Assembly: GCA_963555995.3 (NCBI GenBank)
Contig: OY821641.1
Coordinates: forward strand, 3,232,001-3,296,000
DNA from: Vicinamibacteria bacterium
GTDB lineage: Bacteria; Acidobacteriota; Vicinamibacteria; Marinacidobacterales; Marinacidobacteraceae
Reading direction: 5' to 3'
Length of the DNA: 64,000 nt
Program-made: the position numbers and the translations under genes
Part shown: one piece after another, positions 9,367-18,952 of the stretch
How positions within the stretch are numbered: the first letter of the stretch is position 1
Layout of the letters: each line of letters starts with the position of its first letter
The notes under the pieces: generated by a model
The model's database searches: none
Told to the model about the DNA's origin: nothing
Seen by the model: only the letters and a program-made list of their open reading frames with translations

Positions 9367-10413
9367 TCAGCCGCCGCGGGTGTGCATTTCTAGGTGGGGG
9401 TCCTTGCGGAGGTCGCCGGCGGCGACGAGTGGGGTGCGCTGGTCGAGGGCGGCTCGCTCTTCGGCGCCGCGGTCGGTTCGGGCTGACCAGGTGGAGGTGA
9501 TCAGCGCCTCGATCTCGGCGGCGGTTGCTCCGGAGCGGAGCGGGGCCCGGAGGTCGAGTCCTTCGGGGGCGTAGAGACACCGGAACCAGCGTCCGTCCGC
9601 GGTGACGCGGCTGCGGTCGCAGGCGCGGCAGAAGGGTTCGGAGACCGAGGCGATGATGCCGAAGACCCGTCCGTCGGGAATCCGGTAGCGGCGGGCCGGC
9701 GCGGTGGGGTCCTCGACCGGAACCGCTTCGACGCTGCCGTAGCGCCTCGCCATAAGCGCGCGGATGGCGGTCGCATCGAACACCAGGTCCGGGCGCCAGC
9801 CGGTGGCGCCCCCGACGTCCATGTACTCGATGAAACGGACCTCGCCGCGCTGGTCCGAGGCGAACTCGAAGAGGTCCGCCAGCTCGTCGTCGTTGAACCC
9901 CCGGATGACCACCGTATCGAGCTTCAGGGGCCGGAGCCCGGCCGCGTTCGCCGCGGCGATGCCGTCCCGGACGGCGTCCAGTCCGTCCCGGCGGGTGAGC
10001 GAGCGGAACCGGTCGGGCCGGAGGGTGTCGAGGCTGACCGTGATCCGGTGGAGGCCCGCGTCCTTCAGCGCCGCCGCCTGGTCGGCGAGGAGGATCCCGT
10101 TGGTGGTCAGGGCGACGTCCTCGATCCCCGGAACGACCGAGACCAGCCGGATCAGTTCGGGCAGGTGGCGGCGGATCAGCGGCTCCCCGCCGGTGATCCG
10201 GAGCTTCCGCACCCCGAGCGCCGCGAACCGTTCGACGACGAACGCCGTCTCGTCGAAGCTCAGCAGGTCCTTCCGGGGCAGCCAGACGTACTCCTCCTCG
10301 GGCATGCAGTACTGGCAACGGAGGTTGCAGCGGTCGGTGACCGAGAGGCGCAGGCTCCCGAGCGGGCGGCGGAACCGGTCGAGGACGGGACTTTGGAGGG
10401 AGGACGAGGACAA
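9367..10413 (-). CDS. moaA: GTP 3',8-cyclase (molybdenum cofactor biosynthesis)
   Basis: LRLSVTDRCNLRCQYCMP; FCRACDRSR..ADG....CL; C-terminal GG. Confidence 0.97.
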   Translation of the reverse strand: MSSSSLQSPVLDRFRRPLGSLRLSVTDRCNLRCQYCMPEEEYVWLPRKDLLSFDETAFVVERFAALGVRKLRITGGEPLIRRHLPELIRLVSVVPGIEDVALTTNGILLADQAAALKDAGLHRITVSLDTLRPDRFRSLTRRDGLDAVRDGIAAANAAGLRPLKLDTVVIRGFNDDELADLFEFASDQRGEVRFIEYMDVGGATGWRPDLVFDATAIRALMARRYGSVEAVPVEDPTAPARRYRIPDGRVFGIIASVSEPFCRACDRSRVTADGRWFRCLYAPEGLDLRAPLRSGATAAEIEALITSTWSARTDRGAEERAALDQRTPLVAAGDLRKDPHLEMHTRGG

Positions 10414-10459
10414 GGGGCGCTACAGCCTACTACCGGGAGGTCGGGAAGCCCGGTGTCCG

Positions 10460-11338
10460 TCAGTTGATCGCGATCAGTTCGACCTCGAAAAGCAGGGTCG
10501 CGTAAGGAGGGATCCGGGGTTGCCGGCCGGCCGCGCCGTAGGCGAGTTCATGGGGAATCACGATGCGCCGGCGTCCGCCGACGCGCATCCCCACGATCCC
10601 CAGATCCCAGCCCACGATGACCGCGCCCACCCCAAGCGTGAACTCGAAGGGGTCCTCCGCGGTGGTGGAATCGAAGGTGTCCCCCTTGTTGTCGGGCGCC
10701 AGCAGGTCGTACACCCAGCCGTGGTAGGCCATCGCGAGGGAATCCCCGTTCCCGGCCTCCTCCCCGGAGCCGACCTGCAGATCGGTGGGTTCGAACGGCA
10801 CCTCCGCTCCCGCCACCAGGTCCACCTCGAAGAGCAGGGTGGCGTTTCCGGGGACCAGGCTGTTCCCCTGGGCGCCGAAACCCAGGTCGGGCGGCACGAC
10901 GATCCGGCGTTTCCCTCCCACCCGCATGCCGGCCATCCCCCGGTCTATGCCGGGGATGACCTGTCCCACGCCGAACCGGAACGAGTCGGGATCGTCCTCG
11001 GCTACCGATATGAACTCCGAACCCCGGTTGTCGGGACCGGACTCGTCGTAGAGCCACCCGGTGTAGGCGATCGCGAGCAGCCAGCCGTCCTGCACCTCGG
11101 GACCCTCCCCTTCCTCAAGATCCGTGAACCCGAAGGGCACGTCGAGCGGCGGGGCTGGTTCCGGTACCGGCGGCGTCGTGGGGGAGGCCCCGTCACCGCC
11201 GCAGCCGGGTCCGAAGGCGCCGGCCGCGAACAGGATGGCCGGCAGGAGGGACTGCCGGCGTGCCGTGCCGGTCTGAAGACCGGCGCTCCCAGCGGCCACC
11301 GTACGCTCAGCGGGCCAGAAAAACGCCGGGGCGCGCAT
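10460..11338 (-). CDS. FKBP-type PPIase lipoprotein with two FKBP domains
   Basis: Two copies of G.G.VI.G.D.G..GMRVGG.RRIV.P..L..G; hydrophobic signal ending GPGC; start uncertain. Confidence 0.9.
   Translation of the reverse strand: MRAPAFFWPAERTVAAGSAGLQTGTARRQSLLPAILFAAGAFGPGCGGDGASPTTPPVPEPAPPLDVPFGFTDLEEGEGPEVQDGWLLAIAYTGWLYDESGPDNRGSEFISVAEDDPDSFRFGVGQVIPGIDRGMAGMRVGGKRRIVVPPDLGFGAQGNSLVPGNATLLFEVDLVAGAEVPFEPTDLQVGSGEEAGNGDSLAMAYHGWVYDLLAPDNKGDTFDSTTAEDPFEFTLGVGAVIVGWDLGIVGMRVGGRRRIVIPHELAYGAAGRQPRIPPYATLLFEVELIAIN
11265..11295. repeat. Single REP arm inside the 5' end of the FKBP ORF
   Basis: gtgccggtctgaagaccggcgctcccagcgg. Confidence 0.88.
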
Positions 11339-12851
11339 CGGTGACGACGCCGTCCGCGAACACGGTCTCGCCCCCGACCAGCACCCGGTGGATCCCGACC
11401 GAGAGTTCGTGGGGCGCCTCCGGGGTGGCCCGGTCCGAGACCGTGTCCGGATCGAATAGCACCAGGTCCGCGACCATTCCGGGGGCGATCCGGCCCCGGT
11501 CGGCGAAACCCATGTGGTCCGCGGCGAGCGAGGTCATCCGCCGCACGGCCTCTTCGAGGCTCAGGATTGCCCGTTCGCGGACGAACTGCCGGAGCGCCCG
11601 CGGGAAGGAACCGAAACCGCGGGGATGGGCGCCGAAGAGCGCGCCGTCGGTGGACAGGTTGGCGTGCTCCCAGGCGAAGAGCGCGGCGATGTCGTCCTCG
11701 GCCATGCTGGTGGCGATCACCGTTTCGACGCGGGTTCCGGGTTCGAAATCCGGGTCAGCGTCAGCGCGCATCGCCTCGGCCCGCTGGATCAGCTCCAGAA
11801 GCGTCACGGCCGGCTCCTCCCCGCGCTCCGCCGCGATGCTGGCGAGGGTGCGGCCGGCGTAGGCGGGCTCCGGCGCGTAGGTCGGAATCAGGATGCCCTC
11901 GGGCAGGGCCATCTGGGAGACCACGAACCGGGACTCCTCGAGGTCGGTGAAGTCCCGCTCCGGGAACATCACGGTGAGGGTGGACTGCCAGTACGGGTAG
12001 GGATAGACGTCCAGCGTGATGTCCACCCCGGCGGCGCGGGCTTCCTCCAGCCGGCCGAGGAAGCGGGGCACTTCTCCCCAGAGGCTCTGGAGCGCCAGCT
12101 TCGCGTGGGTGACCTGGACCGGCATTCCGGTCTCCTCGCCGATCCGGATGATCTCCTCCACCGCCTCCCAGAACCAGCGGTCCTCGCTGCGCAGATGGCT
12201 GAGGTAGCGGCCGCCCGCGTCGGCGGCCACCTGGGCCAGCGCCACCACCTCTTCGGTCGCCGAGTAGATCCCGGGGTCGTACTCGAGGCCGGTGCTCAGG
12301 CCGAGCGCCCCGGCGGCGAGGTCCGCTTCGAGAAGGCGGGCCATCGCGGCGGTCTCGCCGGGAGTCGCCTCGCGGCGGAAGTCCTCGCCCATGACCAGCG
12401 CCCGGAAGGTGTTGTGGCCCGCGAAGCTGGCCACGTTCACGGTCGCCGGGGAGGCCTCGAAACGGGCGCGAAAGTCCGCCAGCGGATGGTGCGAGCCGCC
12501 GTCCTGCCCCACCACCAGGGTCGTGATCCCCTGGCTTACGGCGGCGGTGGCGTCGAGCCGCTCGAGGAGGTCGCGGTCGGCGTGGCTGTGGGTGTCAATG
12601 AACCCCGGCGCCAGTACCAGGCCTCCCGCGTCGAGCACGGTGTCTCCGGATACGGGCGCGGTACCCGCGCCCACCTCCGCGATCCGCCCGCCCACGACGC
12701 GAACGGTTCCGGAAACGGCCGGTGTCCCGGCGCCGTCCACGATGCGGGCGTTCGTGATGGCGAGTCCGGGAGGCGCTCCGGCATCACACCCCGCAAGGGC
12801 CAGCAGCAGTCCCGCCAGCGCAAGCGCGACGCCACGCTTTCGGCGGATCAT
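11307..12851 (-). CDS. N-acyl-D-amino-acid deacylase (D-aminoacylase) family amidohydrolase, lipoprotein
   Basis: LAPGFIDTHSH, GLSTGLEY.PG, YLSHLRSE, HPRGFGSFPR; lipobox LAGC; ATG preceded by GGAGG. Confidence 0.9.
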   Translation of the reverse strand: MIRRKRGVALALAGLLLALAGCDAGAPPGLAITNARIVDGAGTPAVSGTVRVVGGRIAEVGAGTAPVSGDTVLDAGGLVLAPGFIDTHSHADRDLLERLDATAAVSQGITTLVVGQDGGSHHPLADFRARFEASPATVNVASFAGHNTFRALVMGEDFRREATPGETAAMARLLEADLAAGALGLSTGLEYDPGIYSATEEVVALAQVAADAGGRYLSHLRSEDRWFWEAVEEIIRIGEETGMPVQVTHAKLALQSLWGEVPRFLGRLEEARAAGVDITLDVYPYPYWQSTLTVMFPERDFTDLEESRFVVSQMALPEGILIPTYAPEPAYAGRTLASIAAERGEEPAVTLLELIQRAEAMRADADPDFEPGTRVETVIATSMAEDDIAALFAWEHANLSTDGALFGAHPRGFGSFPRALRQFVRERAILSLEEAVRRMTSLAADHMGFADRGRIAPGMVADLVLFDPDTVSDRATPEAPHELSVGIHRVLVGGETVFADGVVTDARPGVFLAR

Positions 12852-12960
12852 TGTTTCCTCCGGGGTTTCCTCCGGGCTCCGCCGGGGACGGTACCAGACG
12901 GGTCCCCACCGAGAGTGCTCGCGCAGCAGTGGGCGATTCCGCCCCGCTCCGCGGGACGGA

Positions 12961-13066
12961 CGCCGACCGGGGTCGGCGTTCCAAGCCGGCAGTGCGATGC
13001 GGCCAAGCAGTTCCACGCGCTCTGCGGGCGTGCGGCCCGCGTGCCGGTCTGAAGACCGGCGCTCCC
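12961..13066. repeat. Two co-oriented REP arms
   Basis: cgccgaccggggtcggcgttccaagccg (from 12961) and gtgccggtctgaagaccggcgctccc (13041-13066). Confidence 0.8.
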
Positions 13067-13073
13067 CGCTCCC

Positions 13074-13403
13074 CTACCCGATCAGGGATTCGAGGCGGGC
13101 AGCGAGGTTGGCCTTCGATTGCACTCCCACGATCTGGCCGACCACCTCGCCCTTCTGGAAGAACAGCAGGGTCGGGATCGAACGGACCCGGAACTTCTCG
13201 GCGATCCGGGGTTCGTCGTCAACGTTCACCTTGCCGATCACGGCCCGGCCGTCGAAGTCCTCGGCCAATTCCGAAATCGCCGGCGCGATCATCCGGCAGG
13301 GGCCGCACCACTCGGCCCAGAAATCCACCAGGCTCGGCTGGTCGCCGCCCACCGTTGCATCGAAATTGTCGCTGGTCAGTTCCAGCGCCTTGCCGTCGGA
13401 CAT
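13074..13403 (-). CDS. trxA: Thioredoxin
   Basis: VDFWAEWCGPC, SIPTLL; 109 aa. Confidence 0.97.
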   Translation of the reverse strand: MSDGKALELTSDNFDATVGGDQPSLVDFWAEWCGPCRMIAPAISELAEDFDGRAVIGKVNVDDEPRIAEKFRVRSIPTLLFFQKGEVVGQIVGVQSKANLAARLESLIG

Positions 13404-13518
13404 ACTTTGGTCTACTCCGGGGAATGGGTCCGCCGCTGGCGGTGTCAGGGATCGGTTTCCATTCTAGCCGGTCACTTTTGACCTTCTGCCTTACGCCATA
13501 CTTTGGCGGTCAGGCGTC

Positions 13519-14445
13519 ATGTCGCATCACCATCATCACGACGCGCTAGCCCCTGCACACGGTGGGAAACTGCCCTCGCGGTGGGCGCTGGGCGCCGCCC
13601 TCCTCTGCACCCTGACGATCGCGGCGGCGGAGTTCGTCGGCGGAATCCTCGCCAACAGCCTCGCCCTGCAGGGCGACGCCGGGCACATGCTGAGCGACGC
13701 CGCCGCCCTCGGCGTCTCGTTCCTCGCCGCCTGGCTGGCGACCCGTCCGATGACCGCCCGCCGCACCTTCGGCTTCCACCGGGCCGAGGTGCTGGCGGCG
13801 CTGCTGAACTCGGTGTTCCTGCTGGGGATCGCCGGCTGGGTCGGCATCCGCGCGGTCGGCCGGCTGGGTCAGCCGGTGGAGGTGGCCGCCCTGCCGGTGC
13901 TGGTCATCGCGATCATCGGCCTCGCGGTGAACCTCGTGGCGCTCAAGATCCTGGGCCATCATTCACACAGCAACCTGAACATCCGGGGCGCCTTCCTGCA
14001 TGTGCTCGGGGACACGCTGGGTTCGGTGGGGGTCATCATCTCGGCCATCGTCATCCACTTCACCGGGTGGACGACGGTGGACTCCCTCGCCTCGCTGGGG
14101 ATCGCCGGTCTCCTCGTTCTCTCGGGAGCGCGGCTGCTGCGCGACAGCATCTCGGTGCTGATGCTCGCCACCCCGGCCAACGTGGACGGCGAAGCGGTGC
14201 GTTCCGGCCTGCTCTCCCTGCCGGGCGTCCTCGGGATCCACGACCTGCACATCTGGACGGTGAACAGCGGCTTCGTTTCGCTCAGTTGCCACGCCGACAT
14301 CGAAGCCAACACGCCGACGGACGTCATTCTCAAGAGCGCGACCCAACTGCTGCGCGAGCGTTTCGGCATCCGCCACGTCACGATCCAGCCGGAGGTCACC
14401 CGGGTCCACGGGGACGCCGACTCGTGCCAGATCCTCGCGACCTGA
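13519..14445 (+). CDS. Cation diffusion facilitator (CzcD/ZitB-like)
   Basis: His-rich N-terminus, SLALQGDAGHMLSD, NIRGAFLHVLGD, HDLHIW, HVTIQPE. Confidence 0.93.
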   Translation: MSHHHHHDALAPAHGGKLPSRWALGAALLCTLTIAAAEFVGGILANSLALQGDAGHMLSDAAALGVSFLAAWLATRPMTARRTFGFHRAEVLAALLNSVFLLGIAGWVGIRAVGRLGQPVEVAALPVLVIAIIGLAVNLVALKILGHHSHSNLNIRGAFLHVLGDTLGSVGVIISAIVIHFTGWTTVDSLASLGIAGLLVLSGARLLRDSISVLMLATPANVDGEAVRSGLLSLPGVLGIHDLHIWTVNSGFVSLSCHADIEANTPTDVILKSATQLLRERFGIRHVTIQPEVTRVHGDADSCQILAT

Positions 14446-16940
14446 CGAGATCCCGACCGCCCGCCGTCGCGCTGGCGGCGCTGGTGGCGCTGCTGGCGGA
14501 GGTCCCCGGTGCCGGGGCGCAGATGAGCACCCTGCGCTACCCGGCAGTCGCGGGAGGCCAGATCCGGATCGAGAACTACCTGGTGCCGCGGGTCACGTCG
14601 TGGCCGGCGTATCCGGCCTGGTCCCCCGACGGGAGCGAGATCGCGTTCGCCCTCGACGGCCGTCTGTGGGTAATGCCCGCGGCCGGCGGGGAGGCCCGCC
14701 AACTGACCGGCGGGCCGGAGGACCCGGCGGCGACCTACGACTTCGAGCCGGACTGGTCGCCCGACGGCCGCTTCGTGGTGTTCTCCCGCGACACCGACGG
14801 GAACCTCGACATCTGGCGGGTCGGCCGCGCCGGAGGGGTTCCCGAGCGCCTGACGCGCCACCCGGCGATGGACTTCCACCCCCGGGCGGCGGCGGGTGGC
14901 CGGGTCCTCTATTCCTCGGCGCAGTCGGGCAGCTTCGACATCCGCGCGGTGAGCGCGGACGGGTCGGACACGCTCGTCTGGGGCGGCGATTCCAACGAGA
15001 TCCAGCCGGACCCCGGCCCGGACTTCGGGGAGGGCCTGCCGGGCGGTTTCCTGGTGGCGGTCTCCAACCGGTCCGACTACCCCGGGACCGGCGGCATCTT
15101 CCGGATCGAGGGAGCGGGCGACTACCAGGAACTCCACGTCGAGGAGACCACCTTCCGGACCCGTCCCGCGGTGTCCCCCGACGGCAGCCTGATCGCCTTC
15201 GCCTCCGACATCCGGGGCAGCTACGACCTCTTCCTGCTGCCCGCGGACGGCGGCCTCCCCTTCCGGCTGACCCGCGACGACGACTGGGACGAGAAGGACC
15301 CGGCGTGGTCTCCCGACGGGCAGGAACTCGTCTTCACCACGAACCGGAACGGGCAGCCGGAACTCGAGGTGATCGGCGTCCACGGCGGCGGCGCCCGGCC
15401 GCTGCCGGTCACGGGGCTCGACCGCGCCGGACCGGCGTGGGGAAGGCTGCGGGTCCAACTGAGCGAGCCGGCGCGGGCGACCGTGATGGGAGCCGACGGC
15501 AGGGCGCACGCCCCGCGGGGCGTCTTCCGCCGCATCGTCTCCTACACGGAGACCCACTACTTCCACGCCGCCGGGGAATTCGTCGTGGAGCTACCTCCGG
15601 GCGGGGCCACCGTCCGCCTCAAGCGCGGCGTCGAGTTCCGGCCCTGGGAGCGGGAGGTCACGATCCGGTCCGGGGAGGACTCGCGCCTCGAAGCGGAACT
15701 CGAACGCTTCAGCGATCTCGGCGCGGAGGGCTGGATGTCCGGGGACACCCACGTCCATGACCTCCACGCCGGCGACCTGCGGATCACCCCCGCGGACCTC
15801 GTGGCCCAGGCGGAGGCCGAGGCGGTGGAGGTGATCCATGCGCTCATCCACGTGGACGGCTCGCGGACCATGGGGGACCCGGCCCGCTTCGTGGCCGGCC
15901 GGCACCCGGCGTCCACGGAGAGCGTGTTCCTCCGCTACGGCCAGGAGTACCGGATGCCGTTCGGACACCGGACCTTCCTGAACCCCGAGCGGCTCTTCTA
16001 CCCGCTGGCGACCGGGGTCCGGGGGACGGCGCGGGAGGCGCCCTTCCCGCCGCTCTTCGAGTACATCCGGCGCCTGCGAGCCGAGCAGGGCGACCAGGTG
16101 GTGGCCGGCATGCCCCATCCCTACTTCGCCTATCTGGCGGAGGGAATCCGGTTTGACGGCGCCTCCCCCTCCGAGATCCCGCTCGACGCGACGCTCGGCG
16201 TCGCCGACTTCTTCGACATCAACTGCATCCCGAGTTCGGAGACCGGATCGGCGGCGATCTACGCCCGCCTGCTGAACGCCGGCTTCCGGCTGGCCGCCGC
16301 GGGCGGCTCGGACACCTTCTCGGACACCTCCCGCGATCCGCCGCTCGGCACCGGCCGCACCTACGTCCGCCTCCGGGACGGCGAGGGTCCCGAGGACTGG
16401 CCGCTCGCCCTCCGCGCCGGCCGGAGCTTCTCGACGAACGGGCCGCTCCTCGAACTGGACGTGGACGACCACGGGATGGGAGACGAGATCCAGAGGGACG
16501 GCCCCGCCGTGCTCCCGGTGCGGGCGCGCGCCGTCTCCGCGGTGCCCATGGAACGGCTCCTGGTGCTCGTGAACGGCGAGGTGTGGCGGGAGGCGACCAG
16601 TGACCCGGCCGCCGACCCCGTGGCCGGTTCGCCCTTCGAGCTGGAGATCGCGGGAGAACTCGAACTCGCGGACAGCGCCTGGATCGCGGTGCGCGCCGAG
16701 GGGCCGCGGTCCGTCTGGACCACCGACAGCTCCCTCTTCGCCCATTCCACCCCGGTGTACGTCCTGATCGAGGGGCGCGGCATCGTGGTGGAATCCGACC
16801 GGCGCTACCTGGAAACGATGATCGAGGACTTCGGCGCCGCGATGGCCCGCCGCGACGACTGGCTGAACGAGGCCCAGCGCGACCTCGTGCTCGCCGGGGT
16901 GGAAGAAGGTCTTGCCCAGGTCCGCGCCCGGAAGAGGTAG
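14424..16940 (+). CDS. Secreted PD40/TolB-repeat protein fused to a CehA/McbA-family (PHP-like) metallohydrolase
   Basis: Repeated P.WSPDG motifs; GWMSGDTHVH, GQEYR..FGH, AGGSD; start approximate (GTG 14424 or CTG 14442). Confidence 0.8.
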   Translation: MPDPRDLTRSRPPAVALAALVALLAEVPGAGAQMSTLRYPAVAGGQIRIENYLVPRVTSWPAYPAWSPDGSEIAFALDGRLWVMPAAGGEARQLTGGPEDPAATYDFEPDWSPDGRFVVFSRDTDGNLDIWRVGRAGGVPERLTRHPAMDFHPRAAAGGRVLYSSAQSGSFDIRAVSADGSDTLVWGGDSNEIQPDPGPDFGEGLPGGFLVAVSNRSDYPGTGGIFRIEGAGDYQELHVEETTFRTRPAVSPDGSLIAFASDIRGSYDLFLLPADGGLPFRLTRDDDWDEKDPAWSPDGQELVFTTNRNGQPELEVIGVHGGGARPLPVTGLDRAGPAWGRLRVQLSEPARATVMGADGRAHAPRGVFRRIVSYTETHYFHAAGEFVVELPPGGATVRLKRGVEFRPWEREVTIRSGEDSRLEAELERFSDLGAEGWMSGDTHVHDLHAGDLRITPADLVAQAEAEAVEVIHALIHVDGSRTMGDPARFVAGRHPASTESVFLRYGQEYRMPFGHRTFLNPERLFYPLATGVRGTAREAPFPPLFEYIRRLRAEQGDQVVAGMPHPYFAYLAEGIRFDGASPSEIPLDATLGVADFFDINCIPSSETGSAAIYARLLNAGFRLAAAGGSDTFSDTSRDPPLGTGRTYVRLRDGEGPEDWPLALRAGRSFSTNGPLLELDVDDHGMGDEIQRDGPAVLPVRARAVSAVPMERLLVLVNGEVWREATSDPAADPVAGSPFELEIAGELELADSAWIAVRAEGPRSVWTTDSSLFAHSTPVYVLIEGRGIVVESDRRYLETMIEDFGAAMARRDDWLNEAQRDLVLAGVEEGLAQVRARKR

Positions 16941-18357
16941 GCAGTCCATCCAGGGCAACAGGGCCGACGTAGCGGTCGTCGGCGCCGGTCCGGCGGGATC
17001 GCTGGCCGCCCGGCAACTGGCGGTTTTCGGCCTGGATGTGGTGCTGGTCCACCAGCCCCGGCGGCAGCGGCAGCATCTCGGCGAGAGCCTGTCGGCGTCG
17101 GCGCCGCGCCTCCTCGGGTCGTATGGCCTGGAGATTCCGGAGTCGGTCTACGCGCCGCGTCCTAACGACCACTTCGTCCGCTGGGGCGGACGCGAAGACC
17201 GGATCGCCGCCCAGCCGGAGGCGGGCGCCGGGGAGGGGCAACGGCTCATCCGCCGTGACCACCTCGATGACTGGGCTCTGTCCGAGGCCCGCGCCGCCGG
17301 CGCGCGGGTGATCGTGGGCTCGGCGGCGCGAGACCCCGAAGCCGGAGGCGCGGCGCTCGTCGTCCGGCAGCGGGGCGAGAACGAGCGGCGCGTCACCGCC
17401 GGGGCGCTGGTGGACGCTTCCGGCCGCAGCGGTGTCCTCACCCGCGAGAAGAGGGAGCGGCCGGGATTCCGAACCACGGCGCTCACCGCGCACTTCGCTC
17501 CCGGCAACCGGGAGGGAACGGTGATCGAGGCGTTTTCCGATGGCTGGGTCTGGAGCGCCCCGGTTGTCGACGGCCGCCGGGACGTCACCGTGATGCTTGA
17601 CGCGGAGGACGCCGCCGGGAGCCCCGAGGAACGCTTTCGGGAAGCGGTGGGGCTGGTGGATCTCGGCGGGTTCGTCACCGGCGACCCCCTGACGCCGGTC
17701 CGCGCGGCGGACGTGACCCCGTACCGCCTGCGGTCGGCCGCCACATCCGGCGAAGCGCTGCTGATCGCCGTCGGCGACGCGGCGAGCGCCCTCGATCCCC
17801 TTTCGGGACTCGGAACCATGAAGGCGATGGACTCCGGGCTCACCGCGGCGGTGGTCCTCCGCACCGCGCTCGAACGGCCGGGCGATGCCGGGCTGGCCCT
17901 CGCGTTCCACGGGACGAAGGAACGGGGACTGGCCCTGGAGGCCGAGGAACGGGTTGCCGGCTTCTACGCCGAGGAGGAACGCTTCGGCGAGCGGGCGTTC
18001 TGGCGGCGCCGCTCCCGGAGAGCCGCCGCGGCGGCGCCTCCCCGGCGGCTCCCCGGGGACGGCCGCCTCGCGCCGGCCCCGGGGGCCCGGGTCGAGACGC
18101 AGGGGGTGCTGCACGGCGACTGGATCGCGCGCGCGGACGTGGTGGTCCGGCCCGGGCGTCTCCGGCCCGCCTACCGGGTCGCCGGGATCGCTCTCGCCGA
18201 TCTGTTCCGGACCGCGTCCGCCACGGGCAGCATCCACCGGACTCTCGAGGCGTTTCCCGCCCCGGAACCGGCCGCACGGGCCGCGCTCGCCTGGCTGGTT
18301 GCGGAGGGGTTCCTGATCGCCACCGAGTCGAACCCGGAGACCGTCCGTCCCGGGTGA
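16912..18357 (+). CDS. qhpG: FAD-dependent monooxygenase, QhpG-like (halogenase-fold flavoprotein)
   Basis: VVGAGPAG, HLGESL, VDASGR, GWVWSAP, VGDAA..LDPLSGLG; C-terminal extension ending ALAWLVAEGFL resembles the QhpG winged-helix domain; qhp cluster in window lacks its own qhpG. Confidence 0.68.
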   Translation: MPRSAPGRGRQSIQGNRADVAVVGAGPAGSLAARQLAVFGLDVVLVHQPRRQRQHLGESLSASAPRLLGSYGLEIPESVYAPRPNDHFVRWGGREDRIAAQPEAGAGEGQRLIRRDHLDDWALSEARAAGARVIVGSAARDPEAGGAALVVRQRGENERRVTAGALVDASGRSGVLTREKRERPGFRTTALTAHFAPGNREGTVIEAFSDGWVWSAPVVDGRRDVTVMLDAEDAAGSPEERFREAVGLVDLGGFVTGDPLTPVRAADVTPYRLRSAATSGEALLIAVGDAASALDPLSGLGTMKAMDSGLTAAVVLRTALERPGDAGLALAFHGTKERGLALEAEERVAGFYAEEERFGERAFWRRRSRRAAAAAPPRRLPGDGRLAPAPGARVETQGVLHGDWIARADVVVRPGRLRPAYRVAGIALADLFRTASATGSIHRTLEAFPAPEPAARAALAWLVAEGFLIATESNPETVRPG

Positions 18358-18530
18358 GCGGCAAACAGCCTGTGGTGAGACTCCGTGAGCGCCGAGAGGC
18401 CCAGTTGCCGTGAGAATGCGGTCAGGGCGATCCGCCTCGCAGCGCCAGCCTCCGGCTGGCATCGCGGGGAGCGCGAAACGCCCATGATCGGTCCTCCCGC
18501 ACACCCCGCCCGTCTTGAAGCGGCGGAAAT

Positions 18531-18696
18531 GGCTTGGAACGCCGGCTTCAGCCGGCACAGCGAGCCGAAGGTCCGCGGATGTCGTGCCGCTATTCGCGGT
18601 AATGGACCGCGAGCCGAGCATCATCGGGCAGATGGGCGTCGTGCCGCACGCTGCGCTTCGCGCAGCGGGTGCCGGCTGAAGCCGGCGTTCCAAGCC
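18531..18696. repeat. REP doublet (REPIN-like, core type alpha), 166 bp
   Basis: ggcttggaacgccggcttcagccggcac ... gtgccggctgaagccggcgttccaagcc. Confidence 0.93.
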
Positions 18697-18952
18697 GGTC
18701 GCGCCATCGCGGCGCTTGGCCGACCCGCTGGACTGCATTTGCACAACAAACCCGCGCTGATGGCATTCCTCCCCTTGAACGTGGAGCCCACGTTCGGCTC
18801 CTTGCGGTCGGCGGTGCGCCGTTCCTGGTTGGGGTCACGCCATGTGGGTCCGTGGCAGCGTGCGTTCACTCCCCTGCAGGGAGAGATGCCGGCCGGAGGC
18901 CAGCGCTCCTACTGCACTTGCAACCGGGCCGCGAGGGTCTTGTCGCAGGCCG

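Noticed and set aside
16912-18357. Flavin-dependent halogenase tailoring the PKS product
   Set aside because: The motif is WVWSAP rather than WxWxIP and the C-terminus is QhpG-like; disfavoured but not fully excluded
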